A stretch of DNA of 64,000 bases from Phycisphaerales bacterium (GTDB lineage Bacteria; Planctomycetota; Phycisphaerae; Phycisphaerales; UBA1924). Each line of letters opens with the position of its first letter. Position 1 is the stretch's first letter. The stretch covers positions 2,144,001-2,208,000 of the forward strand of contig OZ245777.1 in the NCBI GenBank assembly GCA_965227775.1, in the 5' to 3' direction. A model generated the notes under the pieces. The model was given only the letters and a program-made list of their open reading frames with translations. It was not told the origin of the DNA and ran no database searches. Position numbers and translations under genes: made by a program. Of the stretch, positions 20,987 to 31,063 are shown piece by piece.

Positions 20987-22944
20987 CGGATCACCCGGGG
21001 TTCCACGACCGGGAAGCCATCGTCCACGCCAAGGCCTGCGGCCAGATCCTGGCTGACATACTTGAGGTACTCAAACCCGTCTCCGCGTGTGATCGTCGGG
21101 CGAATGAACACGTAGAACTTCGTTCGCCCTGATGATCGCGAGCGGTTCTTGAAGAGCTCGCCCAACCATGGAATGTCGCCCAGCAGCGGGACCTGGCTGG
21201 TGGCTTCTCCCTCGTTCATCGTCTCCAGGCCGCCGAGCACGATCGCATGTCCATCGGGGATCGTGGCAATCGAAGTGATACTGTTCTCTTGCCTGGGCGG
21301 CGGGACCGAGTCGCTCGCGGACTCGCCGACGAACTGGCTGAGGCTGACGGCATACTCCAAGAGAAGATGATCGCCCTCGGCGATCCGTGGCGTGACCGTG
21401 ATCTGCGTGCCGGCGGACGCCGAACCACCGAAGCTGGTGGTCGCAACGGTGTCGCTGGCGTTGGTTGACACGAATGGTTCCTCTCGAACCGCGTCGAGCG
21501 TGGCGGTGGCGGCGTTGTCCACCAGCACGCGGGGAAGGCTGAGGGAGCGACCCTGGTTAACGGTCTCTAGTGCCCGGACGACGACCGCAAAGTCACCGGG
21601 ATCGAGAACGACCCCTGTAAATCCGGCGCCATCACCGGCATCTCGGTTGCCATCGCCATCTCCAGTCGAGAGGCCGAAGAGCGAAGCCAGCCTGATTCGG
21701 ATGTCGCCCGAGACCTCGATACGTTCGAGCTCGACGCCGAGGTCCAGCGTCTCGCCCTCGGTCAGACTCACCATGGTCACGTCGAGCATGACCTGCGGCT
21801 GGCGGACATCGAGCTCACGTACGAGTTCCTGCACGCGGTCCAGCACGCCCGGTGGTCCGATCGCCAGGATGCGGCTGGTTGCCGCATCGGCGACCAGCGA
21901 AACCGTCAGTCCATCGATCTGGATGACGCCGTCATTCGTCGTCGCGATTGTGCGATCCCTGGCCCGCTCTGCGGCGGTTGGGGCTTTTGGCGTCGATCGC
22001 GTCGTACCGGAATCCGCAGCAGTTGGCTGATCGGGTTCACCCGCCACACCAGCACCAAGTAGACGGTTCACTAGTAAGACGATCTCCTCGACGGGCCGAT
22101 TGCGCACCACGATAGTGCGTGTCGAGAGCCTCGCCGCGGATTGCTCGGCGTCGAGACGATCGACCAGTGCGGCGATGGACTCGTGCTGCGCCGCCGTTGC
22201 TTCGACGAGCAGCGTGCCGGTCAGGCCGTCGGGAACCACGCGGATGTCCTCGCCGACGAGCCGTCGTACCGCCTCGCCAACCTCCGAGGGTGAGAACACC
22301 CGCGGCTCGTACGAGCGCGTGTCCGTAGTGCGCACGTCGAGTGCCCTGATCCGCCTGACGACCTCGCCCGCACGCTCTCGGAGATCGGCGACGATAATGG
22401 AGTCGGTGCCACCAAGCCGCGTAAGCGAGCCTCCGGAACTCAGGAGAGGATCCAACGCTGCGATGAGTGCTGCTGGATCGGCCTGCTCAATCTCAACGAT
22501 GACCGCCACGAATCCAGCACGACTCGGCGTTGTGAGCCGGCCATCGCCGGCAACGTCGCCCAAGCTCCACTCGGACGCGGGTGGTGCCAGAGCTGCGGCC
22601 CCTGAGAGCTGCACGACGGACAACGCTCCGCTTTCGCCCACGGAAACGGTCGTCAGTCCCTTCTGGACGAGCAGCTCGTTGGTTATTGTCCAGAGCGCAT
22701 CATCGTCTATCTCACTGGTGTTCCGCATCATGAAGCTCCCCGAAAGCTGTCGGGGCTCGTAGCTGATGCGAAAGCCCTGCCGCTCCGAGGAAAGGTCCAC
22801 GAGCCGAGCGAGCTCGACTTCTGCGGGAAGCTTGATGACGTCTTGATGTCCGAGGGCTATGCCGCTGCTGAATAAGCACGTAAGCATGGCGACCGTCGCC
22901 AGTCGTGTCCACCGAGAGCGCACGATGTGCCAGTAATATCCCAT
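20983..22944 (-). CDS. gspD: T2SS secretin GspD
   Basis: Repeated N domains, LDVRQPQVMLDV, VPLLGDIPWLGELFK...VFIRPTI. Confidence 0.93.
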   Translation of the reverse strand: MGYYWHIVRSRWTRLATVAMLTCLFSSGIALGHQDVIKLPAEVELARLVDLSSERQGFRISYEPRQLSGSFMMRNTSEIDDDALWTITNELLVQKGLTTVSVGESGALSVVQLSGAAALAPPASEWSLGDVAGDGRLTTPSRAGFVAVIVEIEQADPAALIAALDPLLSSGGSLTRLGGTDSIIVADLRERAGEVVRRIRALDVRTTDTRSYEPRVFSPSEVGEAVRRLVGEDIRVVPDGLTGTLLVEATAAQHESIAALVDRLDAEQSAARLSTRTIVVRNRPVEEIVLLVNRLLGAGVAGEPDQPTAADSGTTRSTPKAPTAAERARDRTIATTNDGVIQIDGLTVSLVADAATSRILAIGPPGVLDRVQELVRELDVRQPQVMLDVTMVSLTEGETLDLGVELERIEVSGDIRIRLASLFGLSTGDGDGNRDAGDGAGFTGVVLDPGDFAVVVRALETVNQGRSLSLPRVLVDNAATATLDAVREEPFVSTNASDTVATTSFGGSASAGTQITVTPRIAEGDHLLLEYAVSLSQFVGESASDSVPPPRQENSITSIATIPDGHAIVLGGLETMNEGEATSQVPLLGDIPWLGELFKNRSRSSGRTKFYVFIRPTITRGDGFEYLKYVSQDLAAGLGVDDGFPVVEPRVIR

Positions 22945-22994
22945 GCGATATCAGCCGAGTCAGGGGCCGGTGCGAGAAGAACGTCGCGACTCAC

Positions 22995-23786
22995 TCACAC
23001 TGGATCGAGTACGAGTTTCCATGCGGCGAGGATGGCGTCGAGGTTCGTGTCCGTGTTGGCCTTCGCTGCTGCGACATCGACCTTGGCAAGCTCATCGTCG
23101 ATGATGCCCCGATGGTGGTCGGATGGCTCCGCTCCGAGCTCGGTATCGATACGAACGCCATTGAGCGCATCTCGCAGGGCCATCGCTTCGGCATGAGTGC
23201 GGTCTGCGACCTTGTAGTAGGTTGGGTAGCGGATGTCGCGTTCGGAGTCGATGTCGGCGATGTCGGCGAGGACGCTGGACTCCAGCCCGCTGGTGGCGGC
23301 GTTGAAGAGGTCCTGCTGGCGAGCCTCGAGCGTAGCCCTCGTGGAAGCCTCAAGCGCAACCGCGTCGTCGAGGTCCCGCTGGATGGCGTCTCCAGGCGTG
23401 CCCGCTCGGAACAGCCTCTCCAGCCGCTGCATCTCGGCCTTGGCGTTGCCGTGTGCTTCCATGGCGAGTCGGAGGCTGGTGTAGTTTGTCACGTCCAGGT
23501 GCGTGACCGCTCGGGTGGTGAGGGCCGTCGCGTCGACGGCGGTGAGCCCGGCGGCGGCGAGGGCCTCGGGTGTAATCCCGACGCGTCGGAGCTCGCGGTC
23601 AACGTCTTGTGGCTCGGGCGTGGCGAGCTCCATGATGGCCCGTGCGCTGAATCCCCCGGCGGCGGTTGGCTTGGGCGTCGACGCAACGATGCCCGCGATG
23701 AGCAGCGCACCGGCGGCAGCGGTCACGCTGCCGACGGGTAGCCAGAGTGCGCTTGCCTTGCTGCGATTCGTGGCGTGATTGGTCAT
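22995..23786 (-). CDS. Hypothetical exported helical protein, first gene of the T2SS operon
   Basis: GGAG RBS, hydrophobic N-terminus, co-oriented about 50 bp upstream of gspD. Confidence 0.7.
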   Translation of the reverse strand: MTNHATNRSKASALWLPVGSVTAAAGALLIAGIVASTPKPTAAGGFSARAIMELATPEPQDVDRELRRVGITPEALAAAGLTAVDATALTTRAVTHLDVTNYTSLRLAMEAHGNAKAEMQRLERLFRAGTPGDAIQRDLDDAVALEASTRATLEARQQDLFNAATSGLESSVLADIADIDSERDIRYPTYYKVADRTHAEAMALRDALNGVRIDTELGAEPSDHHRGIIDDELAKVDVAAAKANTDTNLDAILAAWKLVLDPV

Positions 23787-24171
23787 GGCGATCTCCTATG
23801 TCGGCCCGTGCTCATTCATGACACTATCTTCATTTCGAATCCGGGCCCGAATACGTGCCGTTCGTGTGCCGCGGCGCTGGAGTGCGTGACGCGTGTCTAT
23901 CGCATTGCGCACTAATCTGCAGCGCGAACATCTCCGAAGAACATGTCCGTTATACCCAGAACGTGTTTTGATGCAAGCGCAATTGTGTGCATTCGTCGTA
24001 GGGACTTACGGCTGCGTTGGAATGCGTAGCCGAATCCGGGGGGTGTGCAAGTTCTTCTTATAAACACGGGTATGCCCTCTTGCATGCGTGATCGTTTGTG
24101 GGTGCAATGACCATAAGCGATCGCTGCCTCCCGGCAAGAAGTACCGGCGCGTGCGCGTGATCGCGACAACA

Positions 24172-24210
24172 CGAGTCGTTGAGTCGAGTCGTTGGATCGA
24201 GTCGTGCAAT
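24172..24210 (+). repeat. Three 13-bp tandem repeats upstream of rhs
   Basis: CGAGTCGTTGAGT CGAGTCGTTGGAT CGAGTCGTGCAAT. Confidence 0.7.
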
Positions 24211-24217
24211 CGAATGA

Positions 24218-27200
24218 ATGCGATTTAGGTGCCCCGCGAGCGTATGGCTTGCGGGGTGGGGCGCGAGCTCCGCATACACAATGGAGGCGACATTGCTTCA
24301 GCAACGTACCAGAGACCTGCCGTTGGGCCTGCAAGGCATGCTGCGGATGGCATCGGGGGCGTATGGCTCTCGTGCCAGCGCCCGTACGAGGGGGCGTGGT
24401 GCGGTCGCCTGCGTTGTGGCTGCGGGGCTCGCGTTTTCATCTTCGTCTGTGTGCGCCGATGATGTCTTGAACCTCTACGACGCGCAGCTGGTGACCTACC
24501 AGGCCTCGCCGACGCTGATCCAGGACCTGGCGCCGCGTGCGGGCCAGCGTGGTGTGTACCTGGATGGCTCGATGCGCGCGAGTGGCTTAATGGGCGGCAT
24601 CCTGCCCGGGCACTCGGGCTCGGATCTTGGTTTTAATGGCAAGCGGACGCTTGGCGGGCACGTCGACCTGTTCACCGGCTCGGTGCAGGTGACCGACGTG
24701 GACCTGGCGTTTCCCGCGGATCCTGGGGGCAATTGGGTCGTCGGGCGGACGTACAACACGCGCCAGGACGACTCGGGGCACCACGTGAGCCAGGGCCCCC
24801 AGGGGAATAACTGGGCGATGGCCAACCCGGAGATCTCGCTCTTCGAGGGCGCGACGGACGACCTCGATGTCTTGTACCTCGTCGGCGGCGCGGACCGGTA
24901 CGCGGCCTTCCAGCGGATCGGTGTGAGTGACGACGAGTTCCAGGGGATCAACGGCGCCACGGGCATCGTGCAGTACGCGGCGGGTGCCGGCAGCGAGCCG
25001 GACACGTACACGCTGACGCAGCCCGACGGGACGCGGCTGGTCTTCTTTGGTTTCGACACCCACTCGGGCGTGGCCAAGGGGCAGCTGTGGAAGAAGATCG
25101 GCCCGGGTGGCGCGACCGCCTTCGTGGGGCACGAGACGACCGGATCAACGGCGATCAGCGTCGGCTTCGATACCGGAGGCATGAACCCCACGAACCTGCT
25201 CACCGTCGCGTACGACTCGGCGGAGAACGGCGGGCGGCGGTACACGTACACGTACGACACCGAACGCGTGATCGAGGTGAAGGCCGAGATCTGCTCGAGC
25301 GGGGACTGGTCGAGTCCTGGTACGGTGACCGAGGTCGGGAAGGTCGAGTACGGCTACTACGGCTCGATCGAGAGCTATGGCAGCGAGTGGGACCTCAAGT
25401 CGGTGACGGTGACGATGCCCACCAACGAGAGCGGTGTGAGCCTGGTAACCAGGACGTACTACCGCTACTGGGTGGGGTCATTCAATGACAGCACGAACCC
25501 GGGGCACGCCAGTGCGCTGCAGTACATCGTCGAGGAAGAGGGGTACCGGCAAGCGGACTACGCCGACTCGAACTTTGCCAACAATTCGCCCTTCTCAATG
25601 AGCGAGAGCGCCCTGAAGCCGTATGCCGCGGCGTACTTCGAGTACGACTCGTCGCGCCGGGTGGACAAGGCGTGGTTCAATGGTCGGTGCGGCTGCTCGG
25701 GCGGCACCAACGGCGAGCACACGATTACCTACGACACGACCGGGAGCGAGGCGTCGCCCTACGACGACACGTGGAAGCGTCGCGCGGTCGTGAAGCAGCC
25801 CGATGGCCTGTACGTGAGCGTGCTCTTCGATGAAGCCGGGCAGGTCTTTGGCGAGGCCCGGACGGCGGACGATCCGTCGACGGCCCCGGGCGATACCTGG
25901 GCGACGCGTGCGGTGCGCGGGAGTGACGCCTTGATCGACGAGATCGCCACGCCGGCGAACGTGTCGTCGTACACGCACTCGACGGGCGTCTTTGCGCGGC
26001 CGAACGGGACCGGCCTGGTGCGGGTGATCGACCGCGTCTCGAGCGGGGCCCTGACGGGCTTCATCGAGGGCTACGAGTACAAGGAGGGCGCGACGGGGAC
26101 GTCGTACGTCGAGCGTCAGATGGACTACGAGACGCGCAGCCTGACCATCGGTAGCGCGACACTGGACGTGCCATTTGTCGACGCGCGGCGTGCGGTCTTC
26201 GCCGACAACGAGACGAGCGGGACGCTGGCGGCGGCGGATTACGACGAGACATCGGTGTCGAGGACGTGGTGGAGCGCGACGGCCACGGACATCGGGTACA
26301 TCCGCCCGAAGGTGGTGACGACGACGCTTCCGGCGGTGGCGACCCTGGAGAACGGCGAGAACACCACCCACACGCGGATTTCCTATGTCCGCGAGAACGG
26401 GCACACGGCCTTCATGAAGGCCGAGGACGGCATCTACGACTACATGGAGTACGCCGACGGCCTGATGGTCGAGTCGATCCGCGACGCCAAGCTGAACGAG
26501 GGCGGCGTCTTCGACGCGGATCCCAACGGGGTCTTCGGGATCACTGAGACCGGCGACGGCTGGGACGTGCGGACGACGTACGTCTACGACGACCAGGGGC
26601 GACGGACCCGTGTGACGGCGCCCGATGGCGACGTGAGTGAAGTGTACCGGACGGTCTTGAAGGACCGCCGACCGGTGACGATCAGCATCCCGCTGGTGAT
26701 CGATAACGGCGGGCCGGTGACGTACTACGGCCCCGCGGGCATGTCGGTGTCGGACCACGCGGGCAACGGCGTGGCATCGGTGCGAATCACGCTCAGCGGC
26801 GGCAGCACGACGACGGGCCTGTCGAGCTGGATCGACGAGACCGACGATGACCCGCTGACGGCGGTGGACCACGGCAGCGTGTCGCGGTACTCGACCGCCC
26901 TGTATAGCGAATCGGGCGCGGTGCTGGACGAGAGCCGCAGCTACTTCGATATCCCCGCGAGCGGCGCGGGGATGGAGGGGACCAACTACGACGCGACCTT
27001 CTTCGCCTATGACGAGATGGGCCGGCGGATCCGGACCAAGGACGCGACAGGCACGATCAGCCGCGCGGTGTACGACGATCTGGGTCGGATGACCTCGAGC
27101 GAGATCGGGACCAACGACTACGACGACCCGGGCGGCGAGGCTTCGGGCACGAACAACATGGTCACCGTCTCCGAGACGGAGTACGACTCGGGCAACGACG

Positions 27201-30200
27201 GCGGGAACAGCTACGTCACCAAGACGACGGCCTTCGTCGTCGACAGCGCGACCGATCGCCGCGACACGCTGTACACGCACGACGTGCGTGGGCGGACGAA
27301 GCTGACCCAGAGCGCGGCCGCGCCGCACTCGCTGGTGAAGCTGGACAACCTCGGCCGGACGCTGGCGATGGGGCAGTACAGCTCTGTCAGCGGCCTGACG
27401 GCATCGAGTGATCCGACGAGCGTGACCAGCAACCGCGTGTCGCTGAGCGAGATGGCCTACGACGCGCGTGGGAGGGTCTGGAAGAACATCCGCCACGAGA
27501 TCACCCAGTCAACCGGCGCGAGCGCCGACACGCTGGAGAGCCTGACCTGGTACGACGAGGCGGGCCGGACGATCAAGGTGCAGGGCGGGCGGCTGGCCAA
27601 GACGGCCTACGACCGCCTGGGCCGTGCGACGGACCAGTACGTGCTGGGCCAGATGAACGACAGCGCCTACGGCGACGCCGACGACGTAACCGGCGACCAC
27701 GTGATGGAGCAGGTGGTGACCGTGTACGAGAGCGACGAGTCGAGCCTCGTCGTGGCCTCGGCGGTGATCCAGCGTGAGCACGACGACACGAGCACGACCG
27801 GTGCCCTGGACAGCGGGGCGGACGGCGACCTGCTGGCCTTCACCGCGGCGAACATCACGGGTCGGATCCAGATCAGCGCGACGTGGTACGACGTGCTGGA
27901 CCGGCCGGTGACGAGCGCCATGTACGGGACCAACGGCGGCTCGACGTTCGACCGCGATGGCCTGAGCACTCCGAACCAGGGCTCTTCGACGGTGATCGTG
28001 TCCGACACGGTGTACAACGCCGACGGTGAGGTCTCGACGAGCACCGATCCCGAGAACGTGGCCACGGTCTTCGTCTACGACGACCTGGGACGGCAGACCT
28101 CGGTGATCCGCAACTTCGTCAACGCCTTGCCCAGCTCGACGACCGGGGCCGACGACCTGTACACCTGGTACGAGTACGAGAACGGGCTCAAGATCCGGAT
28201 GATCGTCGACCAGGACGCCGACGGCACCAAGGACGTGGCGGCGAACCCGAGCACCGCCGACGACCAGATCACCCGCTGGGTGTACGGCGTGGCCAAGGGA
28301 ACGGTGAGTAGCGGCAAGAGCGAGATCGCTTCGGGCCGGCTGCTGCGAGCGGTGGTCTATCCCGACTCGACCAACACGGCCGACGAGGGCTCGGACATCG
28401 ATTCGAGCGACACCGACGTGGTTTCGTTCAGCTACAACGCCCTGGGCCAGGTGGTGCGCCGCGAGGACCAGGCGGGCAACGTGATCGAGACGGCCTACGA
28501 CGTGCTTGGCCGGGCGACCAGCTCGTCGGTGACGACGCTGGCTTCCGGCTTCAACGGCGACGTGCGACGCGTGGAGCACGCGTACCTCGACCGCGGGCTC
28601 TTGGAGACGGTGACCCAGTACGACGTCTCCACCGGGGGCTCGACCAACGAGACCGACCAGATCAAGTACACCTACGACGGCTGGGGGAACGCGACGAAGA
28701 TCCAGCAGGACCACGACTCGGTGATCAGCGGCAACGCCCACGACGTGGCGTTCGCCTACGCCAAGGCGGTCCCCACGGATGGTCGAAAGACGATCCGGCG
28801 GTCCTCGATGACCTTCCCCACGGGGTACAAGGCCAGCTACACCGTCCCGGCGAGCGGGCTCGACAGCACGCTCGTCCGCGTGAGCGATGTGAAGCTCGTC
28901 AACGGCCTGAACTCCGTGACCGTGGCAACCTACGACTATCTGGGCACGAGCGGCCTGGTGGGGATCGACTTACCCGAGCCAGATGTGTATAGCAACCGTT
29001 TCGATTCGACCGGCGACTACGACGCGCAGCTCGACCGATTCAACCGACCGACGACGTGGACGTGGACGAAGGACGATCCGGCGACCGGTGGCGATATCGA
29101 TTTCTACGACGTGGACGTCGTGTTCAACGAACGCGGTGACATTGAGCGGACCATCGACAACGTGATGGCCGACGCTGGTGGTACGCACTACTTTGATCGC
29201 GCGTACACGCTCGATGCGCTGGGCCGGGTGCTGGGCGAGGAGCGTGGCAACTGGAACGGCTCGAGCATCGGAACGACCCGCGAGGATCGCAACTGGTCCC
29301 TGACGGCCATGGGCAACTGGGCGACGCGTGACTACGACCTGGACGGAACCGGCGGCTCGGACTTCGTCGAGGACAACACGGCGCCCGACCTGGGCACGCA
29401 CTTCACCAACGCCAACGAGTGGACCTATCGCAACATCACGACCGGTGGCAGCGGGGACCTCGATCCCGACTACGACGACAACGGGAACCTGATCGACGAC
29501 GGCGGCGACTACGACTACGAGTACGACGCGTGGAACCGCCTGACAACGATCCTTGTGCGCAACACCAGCACGGTGGTGACCGAGTACCGCTACAACGGTC
29601 TGGGCCACCGGATCACCGAGTCCGATGGGACCGATACTGAACACCTCATTTACGATGATCGGTGGAGGCTGGTGTCACGCCACGACGGGACCGACTACCT
29701 CGAAGAGACGCTCTACCATCAAGCCGGCCTGGACGGCTACGGTGGCGCGAGCGACGTAGACTCGGTGGTTATGCGCCGGACCCTCCTCACGACTGGATCG
29801 CCCCAGACGGAAGATGAGCGCTGGTACGTGCTGCAGAACTGGCGGCAGGACGCCGTGGCGATCATCGACGAGGCGGCGGTGCAGCGTGAGCGTGTCTTCT
29901 TCAGCCCCTACGGCCGCGTCTTCGGCATGGTCGCGGGCGACACGGGCGGCGCGGGCAGCGCATTCGACGGCGACTATGATGTCACCGACGACACGGCCAT
30001 CGGCAGCTGGAGCGGCTACGACGCCTACGTCGATATCGACCTGGACGGCGACGTGGATACGACCGACGCGAGCTACACCACCAATGCCAGCATGGGCTGG
30101 GATAAGCTCTCACGCGATGGGTCGACTATCGGGTATGCGGGGTATGTGCAGGATGACTACGTAGCCACCGTGAACCACGTGCGCTACCGCGTGCTGAAGA

Positions 30201-31051
30201 CCGACCTGGGACGCTGGGTCCAACGCGACCCGGCGGGATACGTGGATGGGGCGAATCTGTATCAATATGCGACGTCTATGCCAATCGTGTATCGCGATCC
30301 GATGGGGCTGTGGGTCCTGCCGTCGATTGGTGTCGGAGGGGGCGGCTGCGGCAGTATTGGTGGTGTTGGAGTTGATTCGTGCACAGGAGATCCTCCCACA
30401 TTCGATCCAGGTTGGTGGATTGACCCTGAGCCAATTGAACCTCAGCCGAAGACGTGTGCGCAGAAGTCTAGAGCCTGGTGGATGTGCAAGTTGTGTTGTC
30501 GGAGAAAGCCGGATGCACAAGAACGATTCTCGTGTATGGCCGAATGCCGTAGTACCTTCCCGCCTCCGCCGCTGGTAAAGGACGATTGGTGCGGGCAGAG
30601 CAGTCGGCCGGGGCGTTGGATACCAGACGACCCGCCGGGTGCACCAAGCTTCGAGTCATGCTGCGAAGCACACGACAATTGCTATGAGCAGTGCAGAAAC
30701 AAACTTTCTTGTGACCTTAAGTTCTGTGCCTGCACAATTGGAAAGTGCCTGAGACAACCAAGTCCGGTTAAGCCTACAATCCCCACAACACCAGATATCA
30801 TACCGGGAACCTTTCCGTTTCCATATGCTCCTGGAGAAGGCTACCCACGGATGTCGCATGGAGCGGCGACATCTGGCTCAGATTGCCTTAGTGTGGCAAT
30901 GATTTATTGTTCTTCCATTCTTCGGCTGTCAGATCCAGCCTACGAAGACTCGTGTGGGCACTTGCCGAATCCGGGCCCGATTCTGCCATCTCCGTTTGGG
31001 CCGGAGTACCCAGCCGAACCATGGGAGAGGCCAGGCATGGGGTATGATTAG
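24218..31051 (+). CDS. Large Rhs/YD-repeat polymorphic toxin with C-terminal phospholipase A2-like domain
   Basis: Many YD repeats; core RYR..KTDLGRWVQRDPAGYVDGANLYQYA..PIVYRDPMG; tip WCG...CCEAHDNCY...CDLKFCAC; signal-like AVACVVAAGLAFSSSSVCA. True start probably 24281 or 24338. Confidence 0.92.
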   Translation: MRFRCPASVWLAGWGASSAYTMEATLLQQRTRDLPLGLQGMLRMASGAYGSRASARTRGRGAVACVVAAGLAFSSSSVCADDVLNLYDAQLVTYQASPTLIQDLAPRAGQRGVYLDGSMRASGLMGGILPGHSGSDLGFNGKRTLGGHVDLFTGSVQVTDVDLAFPADPGGNWVVGRTYNTRQDDSGHHVSQGPQGNNWAMANPEISLFEGATDDLDVLYLVGGADRYAAFQRIGVSDDEFQGINGATGIVQYAAGAGSEPDTYTLTQPDGTRLVFFGFDTHSGVAKGQLWKKIGPGGATAFVGHETTGSTAISVGFDTGGMNPTNLLTVAYDSAENGGRRYTYTYDTERVIEVKAEICSSGDWSSPGTVTEVGKVEYGYYGSIESYGSEWDLKSVTVTMPTNESGVSLVTRTYYRYWVGSFNDSTNPGHASALQYIVEEEGYRQADYADSNFANNSPFSMSESALKPYAAAYFEYDSSRRVDKAWFNGRCGCSGGTNGEHTITYDTTGSEASPYDDTWKRRAVVKQPDGLYVSVLFDEAGQVFGEARTADDPSTAPGDTWATRAVRGSDALIDEIATPANVSSYTHSTGVFARPNGTGLVRVIDRVSSGALTGFIEGYEYKEGATGTSYVERQMDYETRSLTIGSATLDVPFVDARRAVFADNETSGTLAAADYDETSVSRTWWSATATDIGYIRPKVVTTTLPAVATLENGENTTHTRISYVRENGHTAFMKAEDGIYDYMEYADGLMVESIRDAKLNEGGVFDADPNGVFGITETGDGWDVRTTYVYDDQGRRTRVTAPDGDVSEVYRTVLKDRRPVTISIPLVIDNGGPVTYYGPAGMSVSDHAGNGVASVRITLSGGSTTTGLSSWIDETDDDPLTAVDHGSVSRYSTALYSESGAVLDESRSYFDIPASGAGMEGTNYDATFFAYDEMGRRIRTKDATGTISRAVYDDLGRMTSSEIGTNDYDDPGGEASGTNNMVTVSETEYDSGNDGGNSYVTKTTAFVVDSATDRRDTLYTHDVRGRTKLTQSAAAPHSLVKLDNLGRTLAMGQYSSVSGLTASSDPTSVTSNRVSLSEMAYDARGRVWKNIRHEITQSTGASADTLESLTWYDEAGRTIKVQGGRLAKTAYDRLGRATDQYVLGQMNDSAYGDADDVTGDHVMEQVVTVYESDESSLVVASAVIQREHDDTSTTGALDSGADGDLLAFTAANITGRIQISATWYDVLDRPVTSAMYGTNGGSTFDRDGLSTPNQGSSTVIVSDTVYNADGEVSTSTDPENVATVFVYDDLGRQTSVIRNFVNALPSSTTGADDLYTWYEYENGLKIRMIVDQDADGTKDVAANPSTADDQITRWVYGVAKGTVSSGKSEIASGRLLRAVVYPDSTNTADEGSDIDSSDTDVVSFSYNALGQVVRREDQAGNVIETAYDVLGRATSSSVTTLASGFNGDVRRVEHAYLDRGLLETVTQYDVSTGGSTNETDQIKYTYDGWGNATKIQQDHDSVISGNAHDVAFAYAKAVPTDGRKTIRRSSMTFPTGYKASYTVPASGLDSTLVRVSDVKLVNGLNSVTVATYDYLGTSGLVGIDLPEPDVYSNRFDSTGDYDAQLDRFNRPTTWTWTKDDPATGGDIDFYDVDVVFNERGDIERTIDNVMADAGGTHYFDRAYTLDALGRVLGEERGNWNGSSIGTTREDRNWSLTAMGNWATRDYDLDGTGGSDFVEDNTAPDLGTHFTNANEWTYRNITTGGSGDLDPDYDDNGNLIDDGGDYDYEYDAWNRLTTILVRNTSTVVTEYRYNGLGHRITESDGTDTEHLIYDDRWRLVSRHDGTDYLEETLYHQAGLDGYGGASDVDSVVMRRTLLTTGSPQTEDERWYVLQNWRQDAVAIIDEAAVQRERVFFSPYGRVFGMVAGDTGGAGSAFDGDYDVTDDTAIGSWSGYDAYVDIDLDGDVDTTDASYTTNASMGWDKLSRDGSTIGYAGYVQDDYVATVNHVRYRVLKTDLGRWVQRDPAGYVDGANLYQYATSMPIVYRDPMGLWVLPSIGVGGGGCGSIGGVGVDSCTGDPPTFDPGWWIDPEPIEPQPKTCAQKSRAWWMCKLCCRRKPDAQERFSCMAECRSTFPPPPLVKDDWCGQSSRPGRWIPDDPPGAPSFESCCEAHDNCYEQCRNKLSCDLKFCACTIGKCLRQPSPVKPTIPTTPDIIPGTFPFPYAPGEGYPRMSHGAATSGSDCLSVAMIYCSSILRLSDPAYEDSCGHLPNPGPILPSPFGPEYPAEPWERPGMGYD

Positions 31052-31063
31052 TTTCAAAATACC

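Noticed and set aside
13341..22944. Type IV pilus or DNA-uptake machine serving the relaxase
   Set aside because: No PilT, ComEC or coupling protein; the GspG and GspK signatures indicate T2SS
25595..28741. Long antisense ORFs (633 aa, 410 aa) opposite rhs, and similar ones opposite gspE, the relaxase and Shango
   Set aside because: Shadow frames expected from high-GC codon bias; no motifs
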